Assembly (NCBI GenBank): GCA_965649825.1
Contig: OZ287705.1
Location: 248,001-312,000 of the forward strand
DNA from: Penicillus capitatus
Lineage: Eukaryota > Plantae > Chlorophyta
DNA length: 64,000 nt
Direction of reading: 5' to 3'
The notes beneath the pieces were generated by a model. The model saw only the letters and a list, made by a program, of their open reading frames with translations, searched no databases and was not told the DNA's origin. The stretch's first letter is position 1; each line of letters begins with the position of its first letter. Shown here piece after piece: positions 45,899 to 55,646 of the stretch. A program made the position numbers and the translations under genes.

Positions 45899-47432
45899 AC
45901 ACGCTAATCGGTAGAACAGTAGAGGGATCGAACTGGCGAGTCTGCGAAGGAGTGAAATTTACGTTTCTCGTTGGTATCTATCACTCAACGCGATCTTCAA
46001 TGTAGCTTTATGATATCTTCGATCTCCAATGAACTCTTGTTGTATCTTCTAGACGAAAATCGTGATTCTCATGCCTCTACCTGTGCCTGCACGAGCACAG
46101 ATTTCTTCTCGTGAAATACACGTTCGTTTACGGTATTCGACTTTGATGGAAAGCCTAATGAACAATGAATAATCAAGGCATTGCTTGATAGATCAGTGGG
46201 TCTCGATTTTAAAGAATCAGTCGATCGATTATGTACACGCATGTCTGTCTCTCTCGTGGAAATCGCCTCTTTTGTTCGTTTACACCGGTAACCTTCGCCA
46301 GCAATCCTACTGCATGCACCATTCGCGGCACTCCTCTCTCGTCTGTCGTCTATGGCGTTTCTCGAGTCTGGCCCGCAGATCTCGGCATGGACTGAATTCA
46401 GAGTCCCATTGACGATTGCTTCCTCAAGCCGTGTATGCGCGTTAACAATGATCGGAATCGACATCTTTTTCTTCGACCCCTTCGAAGCTGACGCACCCTC
46501 TTGCACGTTTTCTCCGTGAAGTCCTTGACCTCGACGGAATTGGCGAAGAGTGCCGCTCTGTCGACGCACGTTGACCAGAGGACTTCCATTCCGAACGCAA
46601 ACGGACGAGCGGATGGAGGAGAGAGACCAACAGAGAAAGTCAGGAACAGAAGTGCTGATGTGGAAGGCATCTAGGATTATGAATAAATGAGATGGTGTCC
46701 TTCGGATTTCTGAGTTTAACGCGGACGCTGATATGACATGCAGTGCAAAGAGTGTTCGCGTTGCGCAGATTCGAATTCTAACGGCGATCCTGAGCCTTAC
46801 GCTCAGCCGTTATCTACATTCCCTGCTGGATGATGGCGTACAATGACGATGCTCTCTGCTTGCGTCAGTGCAGGGAACGAACTCGTGGAGATTTCACAGC
46901 TAGACGCATGACTGCGCTCTGTAGGAAGAAAGAAACCAGCTGCAGAATGCGTCCGGTGCAGTACGGGTGGAAAATGCGAGACATCGTTCTACTTTATGGG
47001 GCGCGGTTCTTGGGCATCATCAACAGTAACAAGACCTGAAATGGAGGAGAGATCGTCGATCGGAGGAAAGGCACGGCGTCAACATCGACCCTGACGGATG
47101 GGGTCATTACCTGAACGAGAAGACATACGGAAGCAAGTTTCACATCGCAGTCGTTAGACACGCTCTGTGGGATTCGTTTATGGGGTTTCTCTTCCACAGT
47201 CTTTTACAGTCGGGCACTCATGACAACACAGGAAGCAAAGCAGAGGATGCAGGCGATCGGTGAGGACAAACTGGGTTGCATAGACTGACTGACCTTACGG
47301 TGCCTTTACGTAAAGGCTTTTCGGTGTCATGGGTCCATCAGCGTACGAGGCACACGTGTAAAAGAAACCATTGCACTGAACGTTTGTCGATTTCGCGTTC
47401 GGGCTCCGTTTTTTGCGCGGCGACCTTGAAAG

Positions 47433-48892
47433 ATGATAAACTACGGGCTCCAATGCGTTCTGTTCTGGCTTTTGGTTTACGGGCCGGGTTCGTCGGTCGC
47501 CAGTCACGGTCGGCGAAGCGTACATTATTCGAAGCTGGCTCTTTTTCGTGCTTTATCAGCACATAGCACCGACATCTTGTCTGAAACGTTCGATAGGTGC
47601 GACGCCACGGTAATCTTCTCCTGTCATCGTTCAGCATACGGCGACGTGCTGTGTGTGCCTCACCTTCAGACAGATAAAGAAACGCCTCCCGGTAGAATCT
47701 TCACTGTGCTCTAAGGCGCGACGCTGCCTGGTTTTGCAGGCGGCAAATTCGCTGCTTCGCGCAACGATGCCAAAACGAAAACGACGGTACGGTTGTCGTC
47801 GCACCAACACGGTTTTGGTAGGTGCTCTTCCTTTTTCAGGTTCCTGCAGACGACGAAGCAAACCACACTCCGCCAAGCTCTAAACAAACAGAACTTCACG
47901 AGGCCACGAGGAAGGGAAACAAGCAGAAAGTCAAGGCGAGCGTGTGACGCATTCGATGATCATTATTCGATCCGTCTTCTGTCTCCAGACCCTCCTGGAC
48001 GGCGGGGCGTATGTTGACGCCGTCGACGGATACGGATCGACCCCACTTCACTACGCAGCGTTTAACGGATACACAGCGATCGTCCAAGTGAGCATCGGAC
48101 GCGTTTCCTTCGTTCGCTCAGTCCATCTCGTAAAGAGTCTCCTGACTCACGGAGCGAATGTCAAGGCCACAGACAATGGCGGATGGACACCGCTGCACCA
48201 ATCGGCCTTTTCAGGGCATACAGATATCATCTGGGTGACCATCCGACGCATTTTCTTCGTCCACTTGGCCGGGCTCGTGTTTTTAGAGGCTGCTGGCTCA
48301 TGGGGCAAACGTCAACGCCGCAGCCAACGACAGAACAACACCGCTTCACTGTGCAGCGTTTCGTGGGCATACAGAAACTGTCCAGGTGACAATCCGACGC
48401 CTTTTTCTTCGCCCACTCGACGCTTAGGCTCTTCTGGTTTACGGAGCAAATGTCAATGTCGTCGTAGACGTAATCAACTGGACACCACTTTACCATGCAG
48501 CGCATAGCGGACATTTAGATACCGTATGGGTGAGAGTCAAACGCGTTTTTCGCCGCTTAACCGTCGCGTTAAGGCTCTGTTGACCCACGGAGCGAATGTC
48601 GACGCCACGGACAATTTCGGATGGACACCGCTGCACGCCTCAGCATATGGCGGCTACCTCCAAGTTGCAACAGTGAGGCATCGATCGATCTTCGTTCACT
48701 ATACGAATATCTTTCCAGGTTCTCGTAGCCGCCGGAGCATCGAAGTCAAGTGCAACGATCTCTGGCAAAAAGCCTGTAGATCTCGTCTGCGCTTATTATG
48801 AGGACACTGCCACTCCTTTGTTTGACAATACTTGTTCCGGCTGCACCCGATCCTTGCTCATTGAGCTGCTGACGCCTAGCACTTCTGCTTAG
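47433..48892 (+). CDS. Ankyrin-repeat protein (about 6 repeats), possibly with signal peptide; 5' exons tentative
   Basis: Phase-0 exons 47840-47935, 47989-48087, 48136-48234, 48287-48385, 48428-48529, 48574-48672 and 48719-48892 give LHEATRKGNKQKVK-TLLDGGAYVDAVDGYGSTPLHYAAFNGYTAIVQ-SLLTHGANVKATDNGGWTPLHQSA... (TPLHxA, GANV consensus). A hydrophobic N-terminus starts at ATG 47433. Confidence 0.88.
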
Positions 48893-49727
48893 GCATTTCC
48901 CGAATCTGCGGTGTCACTCTGTCTGTCGATAAGATATCTGTCACATTCTAGGCATCAGCGGTTGAAAAGTCCTTCCGATCGGCGATTCAAAAGTGTGGAG
49001 AAACTGCAACCTTTGCCAGTCTGTTAAAAGTGTATCAGGTGTTCTGTCAGTATTCGACGTTTTCGTGCGAGTGACAACACAATGGCTTAAGCGTCATCGA
49101 CATTTGGCGACGGATCCTCGTTGTGAAGAGTCTTCGTGCATCTGCTCGTACCGAACGCATCGTCCCACTCACTTCCGTTCCTGTTTCTCAACCAACGCGC
49201 TCGGGAGGGGCAGATTCCGAAGGAGAATTTCAGTCCTCCGGATTGTGTGCATCTAGACAGAATCAAAGTCTACTAAGGGGTCATCCATTATTGCCGGAGC
49301 GTCACGCATCGCGACTTCATTCTCGACTTAGATTCTGACAACAGTGAATTATTCTATCAGGACGGAGACGTTTGAACGCATTGATGGCATCTTTGAATCC
49401 AACCACTGTGTCACATCATCTCAACCGTATATAAACTGCTTTTCATGGCTCTCTGTGCATTGAAAACGATCCGTTATGTCGTGCGCGCGGCGCGCTGCGC
49501 CGGGCGCCGTCGGCGCGCATGCGGATGCGAGGCGGCTGGAGAAACGGTGGGCGAACGCGGATTAATGATTAATTGTTCGATGTCTTCGATTCTGCAGACT
49601 AGTCTCTGACTTGCCGTCGTTTCAGTCCATCACGTTATAAAACAAAAAAAAAACACAACGACCGCGCTCTAGCCTGTTCGGCAAAACGTTTTACTGAGCC
49701 TCTTCGCAACAACCTCGTTGAAAAAAG

Positions 49728-51042
49728 ATGCCTTCTGTTACCGCTGGTCGCTTTTGCCGGGGACGCAGCGTCTACAGGAGGATGTTGTTGACTTTAGGCC
49801 GTCCAACGTCATTGTCGAAGCGTTCGTCTTTTAACGCCAGCAGCGTTCCTATAACCGCCACGTGTGCCGCAGGAAATAGCAGATGTCCCTCGGACGGGTC
49901 AGTACTCTCAGACAGTTCAGAAGGTTGGATGAACAATGAACACGGACGTCGGATGGACGTCGTCCCGTCGGCAACATCAGGCACTTCTTCGCAGAGGACG
50001 CCGACAAGACGTACGTCGACGAACAGCGACCGTCAGGCTGCAGCCGAGACTCCGACAACAGACGGCACTTCTGTCGAGAACATCGATGGACAGAACGCCA
50101 TTCCTGCGTTTCTCAGAGAACACAGTACGTTCTCTCACCCTTCTCAAGTTAGCATCACAGTGTGTACCCTTCCAGATCGTGGACATGACAACGTAAGGGA
50201 CATTGCTTATTCGCGGCTTCAGGGAAACGCGGTAACAACCCCAGACGTTCTCGTTTACGATCGTCTCTCTAACACAAAGGCATGTTCAGATTGCTGCCGC
50301 AGCAGAGTCCTCTGAACATCGCGTCCCTGTCGCCGCGAGGCAGATGTTCGAGGAAACGGTCATGATTAAGATCTATCCCGCTGTAGAGCTCTTTACCAAG
50401 AGTAACAAAAATAGGGATTGCTTTTGGCTGAGAGAAGCAAAACGAGCTCAATTGGTATGTGTGCAAGACGTACCGGAAGATGCCTATATATTTCAAATGA
50501 ATATCGGCGCCACTGGAAGACTTGTTTTGAATTGTGATATACATGGCCGTGCGATGTCAGGAGACGGTCGGATAGAAGAATGCCCGGAGATTTTTTTGCT
50601 GGCGTCCGACGTGGCCATCAACGTCAACAGAGGTGATTGGCACAAGCTGGAATTTGAGCAAGGCTTGAATCCGGAGAATCCGCGAGAGATCGTGGCGCAT
50701 CTTACCCAGGACGCTTTCTCAGTGAATGCTATGCGCAGGCCCTGTCGCGCGGATGGCGACACTTTGTCGCGAAGGTTTGCCCGCATAGACATCAAGGTTC
50801 ACTTTGATATCGGAGAAGAGCTTATAACCACGAAAAAAGCAAAGGCCAGGATGCACTGCAAAGTGTGCTTGGGAAATCTTCGGAAGTACGTCAAAGATAA
50901 AGCCTCGGGGCTTGGTGAACAGCCGCCGCAATTGGCGAGAACCTTGGCTTCAAGGCTTGGTCAAGGAACGCAAGCTGTTGGGAGAGGGGCGCTCAGACTG
51001 ATGAACTGGCGTACTTGGAGAAGCGATCGTACGCACAACTGA
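49728..51042 (+). CDS. E1: kinase-less protein carrying the pseudokinase C-terminal domain, with a disordered N-terminal region
   Basis: ORF 49728-50315 plus two short introns joins to 50344-51042. VAINVNRGDWHKLEF, NAMRRPC, RFARIDIKVHF and MHCKVC align by eye with VSIKTPEGEFVKLEH, EALRHPC, RFMPLTVKIEVVF and IRCRVV of A4. Confidence 0.75.
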
Positions 51043-51539
51043 ACGACTGTGTAGGACGATCGGATCCAGTACACAGCATTCTCGGTTGAAGTTTGATTCG
51101 AAAGCAACAGCAATATTCTGGCGGATATTCCACGACATCGTTACAGAGCATGAAAAGTGCATGGCGCTTCGGACGCTGCGTCGCAGAGTGTGACGTCTCT
51201 TTGATATGGAATGGACGAGGTTGAAAGATCCAATAACAACTTCGTGATGTACATTCCGTAAAGCTTTTCTAGGAACAGAGATACCCTACGGGCGCTTCTA
51301 TTACACGTCTAAACGTGCAATTATATATTTTCCAACCTATATTTGATGATTCTTCGAATCTGTCAACGACACGCGTCGCTATCCGCGAAAGATTCTTTTC
51401 TCGACGCAGAATATATTCCGTCAACCCGCTTCGCTTTTGTGTCGATGCCTCTCTGTCAGAAGCCTGCTTATTTCTGTGATGTGTGAGATTATTCGTTTTG
51501 AACGCACTGCTTCTTCTTAACGCCGCCATCTCGACACCC

Positions 51540-51720
51540 ATCTTCGATGAGGTGCAGATCGAGACCAACGAAAGAATGAGGTGCGTTTTTTGCGACAAAT
51601 GAGAGATTTCATGACTGCTCCAAATGACGGCGCACGATCCGTACTCACCTCTATGGTATCGTCTACACCGGCACTTCAGTTCTCTCTTTCGGATCATGGA
51701 GCTGAACGAAACGATTCCTG
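51540..51720. repeat. Conserved ~180-bp apparently non-coding block downstream of E1, second copy at about 54855-55035
   Basis: CTTCGATGAGGTGCAGATCGA(g/a)ACCAACGAAAGAATGAGG and ACCTCTATGGTATCGTCT(a/t)CACCGGCACTTCAGTT...TTTCGGATCATGGAGCTGAA are shared between the copies. Confidence 0.8.
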
Positions 51721-52954
51721 CAGCTTTGCGATTCGATTGTCTCTTTATTTGTTAAGTGCTTGAATTTCACGACGAGAAGATCGCTGGCATCTTAGTTGGT
51801 TGCCGGTTTTGATCCGGCCGATGATATGGTTATACGCCACGCTCTTCGCGACTGCCATTCGGGATAGAGACTCGTTCCAACGGCAGCCGCTGTCTCTTCT
51901 GCCGTGGCAAGATTTGTGCAGATGTCATTATTCATTGCGGATCTTCTACAGCACAGGACAGACGAACAAGCTTCACTGGCAAGATGTGTGGAGATAGATC
52001 TGCGAGTATCGACAAGCAGCGTCAAATCTATGGACGCGGAGACTCTGGCCATAATACGGAAGACTTGAACCTTCGCGGTTTGAACAAAGGGACGGACGAT
52101 TGAGCGTAAGTAACCGTTTTCGATAAAGCCTCATACCCCCGCAAGTTTCTCCCGCGTAGCACCTGCCTGCTTATTTAGAATCGATACAGGTACAACGAGT
52201 TGGAGAAGACGCAATAAGAACTGAACGGCGCTTCTTCAGTCGCAGGCAAACCAAGAGAGAGAATCGCACGAGATCCCTACAAACACGCAGCGAGCAGTGT
52301 CGCAGCGAGATTCTGAAACAGTTCGCGATGATTGACAGCTGGCCTCGAGGGGATAGACTTGAAACTGATGTCATGGTCAGCATCCCGCCTGCGCTTCGTA
52401 TTCGCACGACTGCCGCTCAGGTCGTTCTCGTTCATGACGTGCCTTGAATCCGAGATCCGTTAGGTAAGCCGAAAGCGCCACCATTCAAAACACGTTCATC
52501 GCTGTTCGATAACGGCCAGATCGATCGACGTTGAGCGACCTTTCAGAGATACACACGTCACATCCGCTTAAAGGGGTCCCCCTTACTCGACGGAAGGGTG
52601 CTCAACTTTACTCGACGGAAGGGTCCGCAATCTGCAGCAGCGCTACGCACGTGTTTTCTTCGAGCAGCTCTTTGCTTACAAAAGACGCTCCGTCGACATA
52701 ACGCTGCATCGAAGATTTCTGCAGAGCACCGTCGCCAACCCTTCTACCGTTTTTCTTGACGCGCCGTAGCGGAATCTGTTATCAGCTGTATCATAAAGGC
52801 GTCGTGCATTCGCCTCTTATCTTCTTCTATTATCCACCACCCCCTCTGCATCCTACCGTCGACTGCACGTACACGAAGCGCGTTACTTGCCGAGTCAGCA
52901 AACGACTGAGCGCTCCAGTTTCCGACAAGTAATTCCAGTATTGCGCTGAGCGTC

Positions 52955-54352
52955 ATGGCCGTCACAGACTCTGTTGCAGCATCGACGGCTGTAACCATGC
53001 GTCTCCTCCACGGAGTAGCCCGTTTTCTCCTAAGACGCTCGGCTTCTCGTCGCTCAACGTCATCCCCACACCGTACGTATGCGATTTGACGCGCGGTATT
53101 CGTCTGACCGCGTCTTGTTGCGCAGAAAGCAGCAGCAGTTCCCCGGACGTGACAGCAGCAGCTGCGGCGGAACACGCTGATGGCTCAAGGGGTCAGACGG
53201 ATGATGAACGCGAAGATCTTACGGGCGCTGCTGAACCTTCAACGTCACGAAATTCTCTGCAAAATGTAGCGACAAGAAGCGGTCCGTCCGAACACGAGAG
53301 TCCAGCGGCCGAAGCTCCGACGACGGGCGATACTTCTGTCGCGAACAGCGACCCGCAGAACGCAGCTTCGACGTCCATTGGAGAAAGCAGTGCGCCTGTT
53401 ATGCTTCTTAAGTACATTCACCCTTCACTGCTTGTGTCCCTCCTAGCTCAGGGACATGACAACGAAGGGGACACCGTCCAGTTAGCGTGTCAAGGAAACG
53501 CGGTACGATTCCAGCTGTTCTCCTTTGTGATCGTTTCCTCTCATGTGCATGTATGATCAGATCTCTTGTGGAGGGGGATCGTCAGGAGGGCGCCAAGTCA
53601 TTCAACGCATCATGGAGGAGATTGTCACGATTCACCTCGATCCTGCGGTAGAGCTCTTCAAGAAAGACAGCAACGCGGAGGATCCCTTCTGGGAGAGAGA
53701 GACACGGAAGACGCGGACGTTGCGAGATCGAATCGCACCCGATGTCTACACATACTACATGAATATCGACGAGACCGGTAGACTGATTCTGAATTGCCGC
53801 GTACAGGGCTGTCAGACACCGGGAGAGTGTCAGCTACCACAGTGCTGCAGCATTCCATTGCGAGCGACGGGCGTGGGGATCAAGGTCGATAGGCATCCTT
53901 GGCACAATCCGGTTTTCAAACAAGGCTTGAATCCGGAGAATCCGCGGGAGATCGTGGCGCACCTCACCGAGGACGCCTTCAGAGTCGATGCCATGGAGGA
54001 GGCCTGTAAACACGGAGGCGCTCAGTCGAATAAATACGTCCGCATCGGCGTCAAGGTCCTTTTCGATATCGAGAATGCGCCGCATATCAACAAAGCAGCA
54101 GAGACGGAGATGCACTGCAGAGTTTGCTGCGGAAGTCTCCAAAGGTTCGTGGGACAGAAAATCTCAGCAATGCATGCCCGCCTGCCACAGTTAGCGAGAG
54201 GCGTCAACTCATATGTTGATGAAGGGACGCGTGGTATCGTGAAATTGCCACTTAAGGTGCTGAAATGGCGTCCCCGAAGGCAAAGGGATCGTGGACGTAT
54301 GCGAAGGAGTGATCGTGGGCGAGCCCAGACGAGCGATCGCGCACACAGCTGA
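52955..54352 (+). CDS. E2: paralog of E1
   Basis: ATG 52955, an intron before QSSSSPDV, then AAEAPTTGDTSV and GHDNEGDT...QGNA exons homologous to E1, then ORF 53543-54352. It shares the identical FxQGLNPENPREIVAHLTxDAFxVxAM segment with E1. Confidence 0.78.
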
Positions 54353-54854
54353 ACATTCACCATCGAGTAATTTCATTTAGCGCAAGAAACTTTACCGGTC
54401 GAAGTGTGACCCGAGACGCCATGGACCCATTCTGGCTGGCACTCAGCCACCTTGTCACACCGAATAGAAAAACTAGATGATTTTTCAACCGTCGCGTCAC
54501 TCATGGGAAGAACCACATTCTCTAACGCGATTCAAGCCCGACGACATCAGATCTTCACATAGGAATATTCATTATATGACACCGACATTATTTCACATCT
54601 TCTGTCGCAAGATCGAATTCAGGACAGTTGGCTACTTAGTGCCCTCTTCATGTATATTGTGTATATGCTTTAGTATCCGTCAAAGCTGTTCTGTTCAGAG
54701 AAGAGGTCCTTATTCAACAAGCTCGTTCTGTAAACATTGTTTGATTTGTGTCGACTCGTCATTTCGAATCCGACTGTTCTGTCCAAGTCTTGATAAGTAA
54801 AATTGAAGTGTTTGTCAATGCACTGCCTCTAATGTCGCCAATCCGATATCCTTC

Positions 54855-55035
54855 TTCGATGAGGTGCAGATCGAAACCAACGAAAGAATGAGGAGGTGTG
54901 ATCTTCTGCGGTAAGGGAGAGATTTCAGACGGCTTCGAATGACGGCGCTTGATTCGTACTTTACCTCTATGGTATCGTCTTCACCGGCACTTCAGTTCCA
55001 TCTTTCGGATCATGGAGCTGAAAGAAACGATTCCT
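54855..55035. repeat. Second copy of the conserved block downstream of E2
   Basis: Matches 51540-51720. Confidence 0.8.
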
Positions 55036-55646
55036 CTAAAGTGTGAGATTTCTCGTCACAGAAGGACCAGATTCGAGACGTGTGTTGCTCATAACCCTCA
55101 CACCACTTACAGGACATACAAACATGACACAGTCAATCACATTCCCAAAGTTCTTGTCTAAGAATAATCGAGGTGTGTCGACAAAACAGCAATTAGAAAC
55201 TGACGAAATCAAAACACGGAAAACTATGTCGCTTAGAGAGCACACATGGATCAGATGCTCTTCATAGACAATCATGGGAATGGCAGAGGATACGCATTGG
55301 TATGCATTCATCTGCACACACGAATCCACAGCGCCTAGAACTGTTATCGAACGTATCGACCGCACATTCAGTGTCTCGTCGTTCATGGACAGTGAATCTA
55401 TCGACAAAACGGATTTTGCTTCAAACTTGAACAGATACGGAGGAAAGAAAAACAAGGAGGAGAATCGTGTCTGCAAGTGTTGTGTATCTTTGTTGTTACC
55501 GTTCAGACACTGCCAATGAACCCTAATCGCTGAAAGAGGTGTTCGAACGCATTGCCCCTGTCATTCCTTGCCGATGTTGCCCGTCCTCCTGTCTCAGATC
55601 GCACCCATGTCGAACGATTCCTGCAGCCCTCTGTGGCGGATGCTTT

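Larger units (their letters stand above)
32935..46440. repeat. Segmental tandem duplication, copy 2 (about 13.5 kb)
   Basis: Paralogous to 18640-32490 and contains C2, B2 and A5 in the same order and orientation. Confidence 0.92.

Noticed and set aside
49478-49536. Very GC-rich, partly self-complementary stretch upstream of E1
   Set aside because: No long perfect stem was found. It is most simply a GC-rich promoter segment, and I cannot support a specific element.
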